Assembly: GCA_036172245.1 (NCBI GenBank)
Contig: JAYWIR010000023.1
Coordinates: 2,728,001-2,792,000, forward strand
Reading direction: 5' to 3'
Source: Raillietiella orientalis
Taxonomy: Eukaryota
Length of the DNA stretch: 64,000 nucleotides
Below, one piece after another: positions 1 to 14,483 of this stretch. The notes beneath the pieces were generated by a model. The model had not been told where the DNA came from and ran no database searches. It worked only from the letters and a program-made list of their open reading frames with translations. A program made the position numbers and the translations under genes. The first letter of the stretch is position 1. Every line of letters starts with the position of its first letter.

Positions 1-3000
1 CAGATTGAGTTTGGTGCTACTTCACTTATGGCTACGCTTGCTTTGCACTGCTTGCTTTTTTTTTTTTTGTAGAACGGATGCTGTTTATGATACCTTTTTC
101 CAAGGCATTTCTGGTTTAATCAGTTCTCTGAGTGGAGAGCAAAGGGGAAACCATCTGTAGAAACGAGCCCTTCATCAAACTTTTATTGCAACAGATTGAT
201 TACTGCTCTTGCAATGTCTGCTCTATCTTGTGGGAACCATGCTTCTATATTTTAGCAGCACATAAAAGGTGTTTTTTTTTTTTCTTCCATTTTACGAGGC
301 TCGTAAGGCAAGAACTGCTCCAATATCTCTGCAAAGTCTTTCGCTCACCGCGGTGGTCATTACCATCTTAACTTGGAGAATTCTCCTAGATAGGATGATT
401 GATACAGCGTGCTTAACCACTGTACCAGAGAATGATACGGATTGGGACGTTTTTCTAAATATCTTACGATTCTTTTTTGGAACACATGCCACAGATAGGT
501 TCGTTTGTTTTGCTGACCATATCAAAATGTGCTCACATGCATGCTGTGAGTTTTATGGCATTTCGTTTTCTTATATATCTAGAAAGGTTTTTTTCAGTAA
601 GACAAGGGGTTACTCGAGCCTGGAAGTTCCAATTGAAGCGAAATGTATATTGTACGGAAAACAGCCGAGATTTCTTGCTCTCTCAAACACGTGTTCGATC
701 AACGTTTGCATCTGATGAAAGATTTTCGAAATGTTTTGAGACATTGGTTCATTAGTGGTGCTTATCGCCGCAGCTGCGACGAAATGACCACGTTAATGAG
801 GCTCATCTCATGTATATTCTCAAATATGAAAGCTCCTCACATTCCTCAGATTATTTCTCAAGGAACCATTGTACTTTTTGAGGAAGTTTTCTCGTGACAA
901 TTGGGTGGATTGCAACTCATTCGTGCTTGAAATAAATGTGATATCGAAAAATATGCTTATTATGTACATTAGAGGAAACACCATCTTCAAACGGGAAAAA
1001 GAAACTACTGTGTGGAGAGCTGCCGTCTCTCGATTGCAGCATAATTGTAATCATCTACACTAGCACATCATTGCACATCATACGGTGCTATGGTAGTATC
1101 ATTTAGTACATAAATACAGGATTATTTCATTGTTATTACTAGTTACTAAGTAAGCAATTAGCCCAATTCACACTCGAAATAATGCAAAAATTTAAACACG
1201 TTAGTCTTCATTATGAATTCTGGTGATGAGAGAAAGAATGACAAGTGGAAATCTGTAGCCTTATAAGAAAAATGTTCTAGCTTCGGATACTAAACAAGCT
1301 GACTAAAAAAACAAGAATTCTAATATTGACTTCCATGAATACTTTAAAGCCCAGAGTTATGAATTTACACAGACATACACATAATTTTGAATTTGAAACG
1401 CTAAACCCAAGTTCCAAATGTGAAAATGCGGCATAATTAACCGGATCTTCTTCGAATGTCCGAAACAAAAAATTATATTACAACAGGATAAGAAATCGTA
1501 ATGTGAAAGGAATGAAAAGCAAGCATAAGATTGCTAAAAAAAAATAGCACATAAAAAGCCTCTTACGTACTTTGAAGAATGATCATGCACCACAACATTT
1601 GCTTATATTAATTCTATATATTGTTTTCCATTGGAAATATTTTCAAATGAAAATAAGCAAAGAATTATTGTTGAATCCATAATGGAGTGAGATTTCTGTA
1701 GAGTTTGTGATATCAGAATTAGCAAGAGAAATAGAAAATAAGAAAGACAGTTTCGTTGAGCTTCATCAGGCCACGGAAAGTTTTAGATTACTATTATCTA
1801 AAATACATTCCATGGAGCCGCATGGAATCTATATAGAGAGATCATCTGACTCTTGTTAGAGAAATGAAAATGTCAGTACGTTGTTTATTCGGAATCAGAG
1901 CTATTACAAAAAAATAATAATTAAGTGGATCCTTATTTCGAACATCGAATAATATTTGTGTATTGTTTTGTATAATATACGTTACGAAACTGAAGGGAGG
2001 CAATCTGGCTGCATTCCTGTTACGTTTCTCAAACATGATAGTGAAATCCAATACGTTGAGAAGATAGCACTACTTCATGCACTCTCCTTGAGATTTTTCT
2101 GGACTCATTTGAAAACAAGACCATCCTAAGAATCTTATAAACGAACATTTTTCACTAAGAGAATCTTTAGGAATGAATATGAATGAATACTCATTCTCGA
2201 GTTGTGTTTTGAGACTATTGGGAGGTAGACACGATATTTTACGTCATGATAAAAGAAAACAGATTGGTTAAAAATTTTCAGCATTTTGCCAAGCAGTGGA
2301 CCTTTTTGATTTGGCTACTTTTTCGGCAAATGAAATTTTATAACTGAAGAATTATGTATCGTAAATGCAGTTGGTTCTTAAAATGGCTCGGATCTCGTGG
2401 AACCATCACTGTATAATCATCGAACTTGTTTGGTGATCTTTTGCATGGATTGTAATTTGCAAAGTTGTCCTTCGACAAAAGTTTCCTCTTCCAAGTAGCT
2501 TGCTTATTCAGCACCGAATGTTTCAATGTGGAAAGTTTATTTATCGGCTTCAGCAGATCTGTGGGCGCCCAATTTTCCACGAACTAGAAACTGCCAACGT
2601 GCGAGACTAGGTGAAGTGTTTCACTGAAACGAAATTTTTTGATTGTTTACACTTTCGAACACGTCAAAGAAGTGTGTGGAAAAAAATTGGACACCTTTGT
2701 TGGAAAACTGATTTAAATCTTCAAGCGAGCAGTGTCGTTTTCCCCATCTTCTTATTCTGGAGTTTGCAACCGAGAAATTGTGGACAGCATGCACTGCGTT
2801 GCGTTGGAAAGGCGCCTTTTTTTCTCCTCGTTTGGTACGATGTCCCGGTAAGGTGTTAACTGATTCTTTACAGTGTATTGTAAAATAAAGATTTCCTTAA
2901 AATTTGCATGGGCGGCAAGAAATCCGTCCCCTGGTCTCAGTTTTTTTGCTTGATGGGAGGTTGCTTTGGAAGTTCATTTTTTTTTCTACATTTTTTTCAT

Positions 3001-6000
3001 TGTTGATTGTGCAATTTTCTGAAACGTATAATTTTGCCAAAGATTCCTCCTTTACTGTGAACCAACGTTAAAATAGTTTTGACATTTACCGGATTTTTCT
3101 TTAATAAAGATGTGCAGTGTTAAAGAAGTATTAGGCAAATACATTTTGGTTTGGTAAATTTGGCGCATGCATTAATAATGTGTTCTGTTTAAATAGATCA
3201 GACAGTTATAAACATTTTAAGTATTTTTTTGCCCAATTTAAAGGAAAAGAATTCGTTTAATTACAGGTATTTGTTATCAGGCCACGAAAATATGTTTTCA
3301 CAGGTTCTTGAAAAGTCAGAAAGTGAACATCGGCCATTTGAGGGAATGGGAAATTATTTTGCAAAACTGAACATTTCAGAAATTCAGTGAAGTCCTTCAT
3401 GCACACATATCGGGGCATTTTGATAGGACAGCTCTCTGAGAATTTGTCTAGAGCAACAAACTCAATTTTTGTTAAGTCTTGGAGTACTAGCAACCATATG
3501 GGTGTGTCATGTGCACTGATGGTCCAGTGGAGAATCACATAAAGATATATGTATTTGAAAAAATATATGATGTTTTTAAGAAAATCTAAACGAGTTATTT
3601 TCAAGTTTCATAAAATTCTTTCATCTAAAATATTTTGTTGCAGTGCATTGTAGTTTTTTTTATTCTTGGGGAATTCTTGATTCATATTTTGTGGACAATG
3701 TATGAGTAAGGTTCCCTTGGGTCTTTAGATTTTTCCTTATGCTTCTGGATGGCATTTCTCATTTCCACCAAGGTTTTTTGCAGATATCCCAAGAAAATTC
3801 CAAACTGGCCGTCATGTAGAATACTTAATTTGCATGGACTTCCAAATGTGATTATTATTAAGTGTGTAATTTTTTTGTTTGGTTCAGGATTTACTTGAGA
3901 AGCTTTTTTGTGTTTGTGGTTCACTAATCACAGTTGGATTGCATGAATTCAATTGATCCAAATTCTGGATGAAGGGAAATGCCTGAAAACCATTTCTTTT
4001 ACTGGTAAATTTATTTGCAATTGTGCAACATTTTAGTTACAAAAAAATTAAGGTTTGTATATCAATAGTTGGAGATTATTAAACAGGTGACCAAACTGAA
4101 GAATAAGCTGGTGAGTCTAAATGGTAATCCCAACAACCAAGTTCAATAAAATTTTCCCAACAAAAATTTCTTTTGGATTTAAACTAAGAAATTAAATAGA
4201 GGTTATGTAATTGCATGCCATATTTCAAACGAATTCAGCAGGCGAAGTTTATTGTCAGAGTTTTTGTAAATGCCATTACATCATTTCTTTTGCCGGCTTT
4301 TAATGATTGATCGCACTTTTCTGTTTATCTTCTTGAGGTGCCTCACCATGTAATGGAAACAGTTTTCCCACAATTTTTCGGTGATTTCCGATATCTGACA
4401 TCGTTCTACCCTTTTTTTGTCTTCATTAGCAGTACGAGGGTATCTTCATACTGTCGTGGTCCATTTGCAGCGCGTGTTCCCACCTTGGAAATTTCTTTCC
4501 CAGCATGAAACACCGGTGCTTGGGTGTTTAATAACTGGATAGACAAAAGCGTAAATTAAATTTTGTATACTATATGCCATTCTAATTTATAGTTTCTTAT
4601 ATAAGAGGCAGTTGTTTAAAGTGAACTCGAAAATTACAAAGAAATGTTTACAATTTTTTTTTTTTTTCCATCGAGAACAGTTACGTACGTATATTCCACG
4701 ATTTGGAATTCTCAGCTTTTGGAAATCAGCGATCGAAAATTCTATGTAGCCCAAGAGCTGACCGTTCTTCCACCTAATCCACGCGTTGGCCCTGTAGCGT
4801 TAATTCAAACAGCGGTTACCTTGCTCTGAATTTCGAAAATCGAGACGACACCAAGTATGCAGAAATTAAGATTTGTTCCTATTTCCTTACAAAATCTCTT
4901 GCTGTCAAAAAAAAACTAGGAGAACGTAGGTAAATGAGCTGTTTCTTTGTTAAGAAAAATCATTTTCATTGAATTTTTCCAGCAGTTGGGGAGGACAATG
5001 TGCCAGTATACATTTTATTCACTATTAAACACAACCTTAAACCTTATTTAATGCAAACTACAGTGAAAAAAGGAGGAGAGGGATGAAACTTGAACATCTG
5101 TGCGATATACAAGATCCTTAATATCATATTAATGCCCAATATCCTTCGTGAATTAATCAAGATATTTAGTTTCATCGCTTTTCAAGCCTAGAATATTTGC
5201 GCCTATGTTTTCGGCAGCGGAAAAATTAAACAAGTGAATTGCGTTTACCATGAGACTTTTTCATTTGGCAACAGTGATGTACGGCGAAGTCGGGAAAAAG
5301 ATCGGCAAAAAGAACAAAATACTCATGCACGAGGCGTTACTTAGTGAAAGAACAAGGCGTATTTTTGAAATGCAAAGGAAAAATTTTTGCATTGCTTGTG
5401 GCCCCAAAATCTGTTTTGGTCGTCTGTACACTCAAATATCCAAAACTCTGGTCTTTACTGTAAACGTAGTGTAATCGATAGGTTTCTAACGCATTGGAGA
5501 ACTGACAGGACTCACAATGTATGCCGTGCCAATGAGTTCGGTGTAAAAAAAAAAAAGAAAAAAAAAATAGCCTTCCAAGCTAAAGCATTGCATGTTGAAC
5601 TAGACACATGGAAAGTGAAGCATGGAATCAACAACGTGTAAACAATTTCGAACGGCAATCGCGTTGCTAAAGTGTGGTAAGCCTGCAGTTAAAATGGCAT
5701 AGGCCAGAAAGGCGACAAAACGAAAAGTTTTTCAAATACTCTGATGGATTTCGATGTTCCGAGCTCAGGGGAATAAATTTTTTTTTTAATTTGAAGTGGC
5801 GTATGAACGTAACTTTTTTTTTTGCAGAAAAATACAATCCAAAGAGAATGGAATGGTCTCATTTTAAATTTGCACAGCAGTTGTTTTTGTGATTGTTATG
5901 GAATCTTGTATATCTTATATCTTGGGGGGAGAGGCTCGTGGTTCTGGAGGAATGAATCAAACATAAAGGGAAGGGTCGATTAGCTTTTGTAAGTAATGCA

Positions 6001-7421
6001 TAGAAACTACCTAATCCCAGGAAACTACCTGGTTACCACTCTTGTTTTTCTTACATAATTGCATTAGTAATGAGTTATCTTCGCGATACCCGTAATTAAT
6101 GAGAAGAATCCTTGTACTTCAAATTTCTGCGGAGCGGTCCCAGTTATCTCCCAATGGAGTTTTAAGGATTCTGACGTTCCGACGACCTCTTTGTCGCCAA
6201 CCGTGATGACCATTTATTTATGTGTACGTAATGTGATTTTCAGGTTCTGTTTACAAAGGGTTCAATTAACTCGATAATTGCCCGTGATGCATACTCCGCA
6301 TTCCATGAACAATTAATATAAAAGTGCGTACAGCCTTTTTTGCAAGTGGAATTCAGCTCGTCTCTGCTGATTTATGCATCGAGCCGCGTTCATCAAAGTC
6401 ATTTTATTCACCCCGTCGCTCCTAACGAGAATGCTCGATCTGTGTTCCTGAAATCCTGTGTATTTCATTACGTTTCAAAGATGCTTCGCTCTTTTGCATT
6501 CCCAGCATCCATTTCGTCTTAATTTCTCTCGAAAGTAAGCAAGAAGATTTCAATTACCGGAATACTTGTTGCCGTGTTTCACCTAATTGTAGCAGTTGGA
6601 TTCCTCAGCTGATCATTAACCTTATTTTGTAATTGATGTATCACTTTAATCTTGAAGAAAATTTATGCAACCTCGACGCTGCTAAATGCGTTTCTCCATA
6701 TTGCAGTGCGATAGTACGTCTTTTCTGCAAAGCTCCTTCGGAAGCTCAAAGCTGTACAAGATTTTTGCCCCCCCCCCCCCCTCCCCCCCGTCAATGTTTG
6801 GTTGACTCTGCGTTTGCCATTCATTGCAGTGATTTTCAATCGTTGGCTAAATTCGCTGCATCGTTCTGTGTCCGTCTCTCCACGATTCGTTTCTTTTATT
6901 CCTGATTCATTTGTGGTTATGTTAAAGATAGTGTACGCAGATGCTTGAGAGAGGAGAGAAGAAGAAGAAGAAGAAAAAAAAAAAAACCTTGGGGTTTTCT
7001 TAGAAAACTATAAATATCGGAAGGAGCTTTTCACCGAGAAATAATTTTTCTCGATTTTTTGCCAAATTTCGAATTTTATTTTTGTTGTATGGGAAAAACG
7101 TCGAGTGACTTATTTGCTCTTCGTAGAAATCTTCGAACTAGTCTGCTTGAGGCGTTCACTTTTGTCTTCCGGCTTCATCAGCTTAATCGCATATTAACAT
7201 TTACTCAGGGATCTGCGGTCATTTTTGGATCGTAGGTTTATGGGCAGGACCCAACCTACGCACACATGCATTTTTATCCTCAGGCAGTTTGACAGGTTTG
7301 TTTCTTCGATTTCCATCTTTAGTCTGTAGTAAAGTTGTAAGCAGTTGGTGTGTGTGTGTGATGGTACTTTTGGCCTCAAAGTTTTGAGTACCGCTTCGTG
7401 TGTTGGGAGAAAATTGGGAAA

Positions 7422-7423
<2 letters not shown>

Positions 7424-7486
<63 letters not shown>

Positions 7487-7487
7487 C
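7424..7487. repeat. Compound (GT)n(GA)n microsatellite
   Basis: Direct reading of the sequence. Confidence 0.95.
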
Positions 7488-7742
7488 GCCTCTTTTTTTT
7501 TTTGCTTTTTTTTTTTTTGCCTCCCTTATTTCATCGAAGAGAGGGAGAGAACAGTGAGCGCTTTTGACATGCGGTAATATATGTGTGTGCCATCTGTTTC
7601 TCTTACTGGTTGTTTAAGCTACAAACGGTCATGCACGTATTGTTTTACTACTGATTATGCATTGCAGGTCCGGAATTTTCATAGTGGCATTCCATAAAGT
7701 CTTATATTTTTCAAAATAAGGAGCAACACTCAAGCTTCAGTG

Positions 7743-7818
7743 ATGTCACACGCATCTGCAAAGTGTGGAAAGGCCAACGAGACTCACTTTCCCAACTTTC
7801 CAAAAGCAGTCAGTCCAA
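7743..7818 (+). CDS. Candidate alternative first coding exon of CLIP gene (MSHASAKCGKANETHFPNFPKAVSP, phase 1)
   Basis: Upstream ttgcag acceptor near 7667, ATG at 7743, donor A|GTAAGG at 7819. Phase 1 matches the acceptor before 15254. No homology support. Confidence 0.4.
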
Positions 7819-10800
7819 GTAAGGTTTTGTTTTGTGCATTCCATATAAATTCAATTAGTTGTGCGTTTCGGGAGGCAAGGCTGCAGCGAGATTTTTGCTT
7901 TGTGTTTTCTCTTGTTGTAATTCGAGTTGGATTTTTTGGAGGCCGCCCAGATATGCATGTCCGGATGTAATGACTAATGTGTTGGCATGAATGCCATAGA
8001 TTCGAGCGCGCTGATATTTCCTGAAAATCGGATGAAATCCCTGCACCCTCCGTAACGTGATTTAATGCCATTCCGCTGTTTATGGCATGCACAGAGTTTT
8101 CTCCCGTTTGGAGAAGCTTGAAATTTGAACTTTGCACTGTTTCGATCGAGAGCCGTCGAAATCCTATTTACCGTGTCAGCTTCGTCCCGAGGCGCTATTA
8201 CTGGATCCCAGCTAATGCTGATTTCTTTCTCTCTTATGCTCTTTTGGGATGCTGCACGCATTTTCGTTCTCCATTCCTTGCGTCGTTACTGCCTGCCTGT
8301 GCCTTGGGAATGACTGTAATCAACCTCCGTCCATAAATCCATTTGATGTAATATAAAGGAACACTGAAAACTTAAATCACTTGATGTTTACGAATGAAGT
8401 GCTGTCTGTAATTTCATGCAACGACTTTAAGGTGCCTTTGTTTTTGCCTCTATCTCCACCATACGTTTCGTATTAGCGACGCAAAAGCTGCAGTTACCAA
8501 GTTTACACAAACTGGCATCTCGATCATCTGCAGAATAGGTCTGAAGTATATCCACAGGGTGCTGTTTTCCTTCCGAGGCTTGGGCTTGTGCACAGTCAGC
8601 ATGGCCGTTTTGGCCTTTTTAGCTCTTTGGGTAGTGAAAGGTGTAGAAAACAAAAAAAAAAAAATAGCAAAGGAAATATTCACGAGTGCCTTTGAGTTGC
8701 TTTCTTTGTCAGTTTTATAAATTATTTGTACCTTGAGAATGGCAGCAGCACCATCCAAGAGTACGACATTGGTGAGCATTTTTCATCTACAGCGTGTCAA
8801 GCCAGCAAGCTCTTTCAGCCAGTAAGCAACTCTGAAATCAGCTCTCAGCTTTCCATGTGATGTACTTTCGTGAAGACTCCACTGTGGGGAATGTGGGTTC
8901 TGTGAATTTAGCTTTTTCAATAAGTTGGAAATCAAATTTTGTTGTTGTTGTTACATATACAGTAGCCCTGAAAACGCGAACCGACGCTGAATTTCGAATG
9001 CCACTGCGAATAGGAGTGTACGTTTTCTACTTGTGGACACTGGAGCTGCAGTAAAAGTGTGGACTAGCGATGCTTGTGTGTTGTAATCGTAGGTGGTTGT
9101 GGAAAGGTTGAGGTTGTGGAAAGCGCTTCAAGTAGATTCGTTTAGGTGTCCTAGGTCCAGTGTTAAACGGGCACCATCTCCGTCGGTTTCCTGCTCCGTT
9201 TCGCCCGAGCCTTTGTAAAAACAATACAGTGTACAGTCAAAATACAATGAGACAAGAACAGTGTACGGGCTGCTCGGGCTGCGTTTGAGAAACGGACGCA
9301 TTGTGTAATTGAGGACGCCCTCGATTCTCTGTGAGGAATTACGGAGCCAATTTTCCACAGTCGTCTCAATAGGATTTGTGCGTAGCCGTGCTGAGAATGG
9401 GAAAAGAGAGTCAGCTGGGCAGCAGCCAGCACGTGGGTCAAGCGAATGGACGCACCTCGAGAGAGGAAAGCACTGGTCATTTCATAGCGCAGGTCGAGAA
9501 GAATCTACTCGCAAAGCCGTGATTAAGGGATTGTATCATCTGCTTGCAAAGTCTTCTTTGCCATTCAAAATAAAAACATCTCGCAGGTGACTTCTTCGTT
9601 TCCACAAAACAAACCTCCCTGACCAAATTCAGGGAACGAACTGTGTTGTGATTGATCATTTAAATATACATTACGTTTGGCATTTTCTTTTGCATTACCT
9701 ATTGCTGTTTCGTTTTACATTACGTAGCAAGAGAAACTCAGATTGCTTCACTTTGGGTACACTGCAAATGTATCGAATATGAAAGAATACAGAATAAGGA
9801 TCAACCAAAATCGAGTCAGAATAGGTTTTGGCGATGTTCTTCAATAGAAGAAGAAGAAGAAGAAATGAAGCGGAAACAGTGATTGTGATATTTGATTTGT
9901 AGTTCCCAAGTTATACACAATTTACCATCGGGATAAGCCGAAAATGAGTTGAGTTTAGGAAAGTCAAATCGGAACATTGTGTGTGATGAGCCCCTGTCCG
10001 CCTACTTAAGAGTATTACCATCAACACTCGTTCTCAAATTGCGAAAATGAGTCGTGAGAACACTCTGTCTAGACAATCAAAGACGTAAAAGGAATCCTGT
10101 TCATAACAAACTGAAAGTGGATGCTTGAAATCTGTCATTACATGGTATCCTATTTTCGGGGCCACTCTTTATGTGGGAATGATATGTATGATATCTTTCC
10201 GTTCACAAATATATCTTGTTAATCGCGGTTTTTTTTTTTTTTTTTTTTGCAAACCCTCAAAACACGAACATCGAAACGTGCACGCTTATGCAGTGTTACT
10301 CTATGACAAAATGTCGAGGAAGGGAACTGTTTACCTTTCTAATTGATCCCTTGTGCTTTTTTAATGTGCGTGTGTGCATAGTGGGAGGAAGGCACGCAAA
10401 CTCGAGATTGGGAGGAGATCCTCTCTTTCTTGCCCTTAGAGGACTACGTTAGTGTGGATTAAACTTTCTTTCTTATTTCCCCTGGACAGTTCCCTTCTGA
10501 TTCTTTCTCACGTTTTTGATGCAGAGCAGTTTCTGACCTGATAAGTTTTTTTTATTTTTTTCTTTGCTAGAATACGGTACCTGCAGCCTGTCTAATGAAT
10601 TTTGTATGAATTTTTTCCTCCTTGGCATCTTGGTTATCATTCTCAGTACAGCAATGGTCAGTCACATCTTCGTTTGCCAAATGCTTCATTCTCGTCCCAA
10701 CTTCGTTCACAGATCTTTCGCATCCGCTGATCATCACCCTTTCGGAATTTTTTTGCCTTTTAAGAAAAAGTCAACCAGTTCACATGGCGCAAATGATTTC

Positions 10801-13498
10801 ATCTGTTGACCATTCCTTGAAGCTCTACTCGTTTTCAAATTTTCATGATATCTACCGATCACTGTACTGCTAAATCACAGTTCATCCTTTCAACATTTCT
10901 TGCACTTTTTGTGTGAAAACTAGTGTCTGTCGATTTACGTCACTGTTTCATTTTCCTTTTGTTCTGTAAATTCGAATTATTTTCTTGAAATTTACCTTCT
11001 TAAATGGACTTTATCTTTGCGTTTGAGGACGTTAGGAATCATTGCGTTTCCAGTAAATGAGTGCTGAGGTATCGGAAAATCCTTGGGAAACCCTGTTTTT
11101 GACCCTAATCTTTGATGTTTATAGAATCCTCTCGGATTCACAGCAATGTTAGAACAATTCTATTACGAATCGTTAGAATTAAGCAAGGGCATTCGTATAA
11201 TTATTTCTAGATTGATCGTGGCAGCGGTGCATACCTTTTCATCTGTGACTTTATCTTTTTTCTAATTACAGCAAACTGTGTAAGACTTTAAATAATTGGC
11301 TCCCATTTGTACTTGCCTCTTTGCTGCATTGCTCCTTCCCCGTCTGCTACAAGTGCAGTACTGTACTGTACATACCCGATAGTTTGATAAGATAGGAAAC
11401 GACCTCTCGACTGTTATTCTGTTTCTCCTTTGCATGACAGTATCGACCCTTCCTTCACGTATTTTTATTGAAATTATCATCAACGAGGAACTGGAAACCT
11501 TCGTGATCAAGTCGGTCAGCTCGGTTTTCAACTTTTGAAGGGATCCAAGCTTTGTTTTTTGAAACCAGAGCACTTGATTTAGATATTTGGTTGGCAATGG
11601 CCTGTGACCAGTGGTCATTAAAGACAGACTTGCTATCCTGGGACTGACGGACAGAGAGACTGTGGGCAAGTCACTAAGAAGCCTTAAGAAGTGAATTTCC
11701 AAAGAAAACTTGAAGATTTCAGAATTAAGGCATCACCACGGGATCGTAGGAATCCAAATCATATGATTAGCGTTTCAATGGGTGCAAAATCAGCTTCTAA
11801 AGGCACTTCCCATTGGTTCCAGAGACATGATGATTTCAAAGTTTCAGCGCCTGTTGGGTTTTGGGTGTAAATGAGTTCCATGAAAGTAGAATGCATCCTT
11901 TAATGAAAGTGTGTAATTTCCAAAATTTCGAGCATGCTTAACGGCATCTTAGTCATTCTCGTATCGTCGTTGATTTTCTTTGACGACTATTCTTGTGTTT
12001 TCGACACTTACAGCACATTTGGTTTTTTCTTTTTTTCCTTTGCGCTTGCTAACCCCTTGAATCGTGGTATTTCTTCCAGATTTTTCCTTCTTTCCTTCCT
12101 TTTCCGTCGAGTGAATTCTGCGGAGAACAAATTTTTTTATACAGGATCAATAGAGGGATTGTAGAATGTTTCGTTTCGTCAGCTGAGCGTTGGCCATGGG
12201 TATGATCTTCTCAAGAACCAGCTTCGCAAAACTTTGCAGGCGCGTTTTCCTTAAACTTGTATTTGAAGAGCCCAACTTCCATTTGAGGGCGAAACCAAAT
12301 CCTTTGCTTTGGAACCATTCATTCAATATTTCCTCAAATTCCAAACACCTTTTTTAACTACGGCAGTGTTTTCCAGAGGGTTTTCTGATTTAGACTCATA
12401 ATTTGAGAAATTTGGCTTGAATTCCATCTCGAACTTTTTGGATTCTCTCGCGCTTCTGCTTTGGTACGGGAAAATCACTTGTGCGGCACGTATGATGTTT
12501 GATTTATTCACCATGTGATTACGTAGTAATTATTATACGGAGAACTTGAAACGCTTAGATACTACTCGCAAGAATCTCCTGGAATTACGTCTCAAATGTA
12601 ATACGATGTCGTAAACCATTTGAGTATCCACAAGTTATTTTTTTTTTTTTTTGTCTCATCCGGAAAAAACGATTGTATCGATGGATGGATAATCGATGTC
12701 TTCTTGCGTGCTTGAAAAAAAAATAAATTCATTGGCCTTTCGAATCGAAAAAAACAAAAGCATCGATGCTTCGAAAAGCTATTTCCCTAGGAAAGAAGGA
12801 AGAAAAAGAACGTTTCTCCACTTTCTGTATTCGTTCTCTTCCCCCCCCCCCCTCCCCCCTCTTTCATCAACGGCAAAGGAAAGAGCGAATCCGGAAACAC
12901 CGGCAACGCTTACGGATGCACACCGTCTTCGAAGTCCCTTATGGGGGAGATCAGCTATGCATAAGCAGTAACGCATGCAAGAAAAATGAAATGCCGGAAC
13001 GGAAAACTTGGATAAGGCTTGTGGATAAAAATGCGACGTAATTTCACATGCAGATCGGTGCTTTTCCCGAAATACGAAAAGCTTTCTTAAGTTTGCGATA
13101 GTTTTTACGAAGCCAAATATTGATTTTCACTGAGCAGATTTCAATTACAGTACATTATTTGAAGGTGAGTCAGATACAAGCATGATTTCGGATGGTTCCC
13201 CCCCCCCCCAACCCCCCCCTCGTGCTGAGGCTTCATGGCTTCGTTTCTGCTCGTTCATCTGTGCTTGCCATGGTGTTCGTTTTGCCGCGTAGCGCGTCCA
13301 TGGAACAGAGTTTCAACCATCGCAGCACCATCGCGTTCCGACAAGAGCGGCGCCATGCGTCCGTTCTTGAAGTATTTGAAGCAGATATCGGCGGTCAGCT
13401 GTCCGATCCTCTCTCTTCCAGTCTATTGTGAAGAGAAACGCATTGAATGCCCAGCAAGGGAAATGGTAAACATTTACAGTGCCCCTCCTCGTTCTTAG

Positions 13499-13729
13499 CA
13501 GCGTTTCTCAAACTTTTCCTGTGACGGGACGCTTCCCCAATACTGAAATTTTAACGGAATGCCTTGGTTATTTTATTAGGGTAGGTGGATGTTAATAGTG
13601 AACAAATTAAGCAAGTAAATGTAAGAGCTGAGAAAACAAAACAAGCATTTATTATTTATAATTAAAATTTATGTAAAATCTCCATAGTTTTTCGCGGATC
13701 ACTTGCCGACTTTAGTTTGGAAAATGCTG
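13499..13729. mobile_element. Non-autonomous hAT (Charlie-like) MITE, ~231 bp
   Basis: Imperfect 16-bp terminal inverted repeats CAGCGTTTCTCAAACT ... AGTTTGGAAAATGCTG resembling hAT/Charlie CAGnGTTTCnCAAACT ends, subterminal (A/G)CGGA-like motifs and an AT-rich core. The 8-bp TSD is not intact (gttcttag / ccctaatg). Confidence 0.6.
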
Positions 13730-14407
13730 CCCTAATGTACCCTTTAATGTATGTATGACGTGCTTTTGTTTTCACGTATGTCACGCGCATATGCAAAACT
13801 GGTGGTAAAAACACGAGGTCGCAGTGGTCCCCAGGATGCTGGCTGCAAGTGACAAGGAAAAAAAAGCATCCTGAGACAAATGATATCGAAATTCACAGAC
13901 CTTTACGATCGGAAAAGTAAAACGAACATGTGAACTTCGGAGTCCTCTCGCTATCCCCATGAAGTGTTTACACACTGAGCAACCGTGAAGAACGAAGGCT
14001 TGCATTTTGGCCGAGAGCAAGAACTTTCTTGTGACAAGACACCCCATTTGTGGGGGAGTAAACTGTCTATTGCCGGAGTGATGGTTTGCCACTGGGGTGA
14101 ATTTTCATCAAAGGGAACAAGTTTCCCAGAAATTATTCAAATGTAATGGTAAATAATGTACTTTTCCTTGTCGCCATGACTGCTTGGCAAGGAACAGCAT
14201 AAATCCTGTCATCTGCTTTGTGCTTGATTCTAAATGAACGTCCTATAAAAAAAAAAAAAATTGTTCTGTTTCTTCTATGTACGTGTGTGTGTTTTCAGTG
14301 TTTAATTCGAAAAGCTGTTTACAGGTCATTCTTCAGTTTTCAATTTTGGTCTCAGTTTGTAATTCTTAAAATAAAGAATTTTGGTTAATCAGTGGAGATT
14401 TAGAGGA

Positions 14408-14483
14408 ATGGAAGGAAGTTTTGTTTGTGCCCAGGCAATGCACCGAAACAACCTGTTCCGCGCTCCTAGTTTCTACTCTTTAT
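14408..14483 (+). CDS. Candidate first coding exon of CLIP gene (MEGSFVCAQAMHRNNLFRAPSFYSL, phase 1)
   Basis: tttag acceptor at 14403, ATG at 14408, donor T|GTATGC at 14484. Joins in frame to 15254 (T|AT ACT GAA). Confidence 0.45.

Noticed and set aside
5139..5147. ATATCCTTC resembling a U12 (AT-AC) donor
   Set aside because: No flanking exon or matching U12 branch site could be placed.
1..13500. Numerous 60-150 aa ORFs in the ORF track
   Set aside because: Low-complexity or homopolymer-derived, with no recognisable domains or consistent splice structure; treated as spurious.
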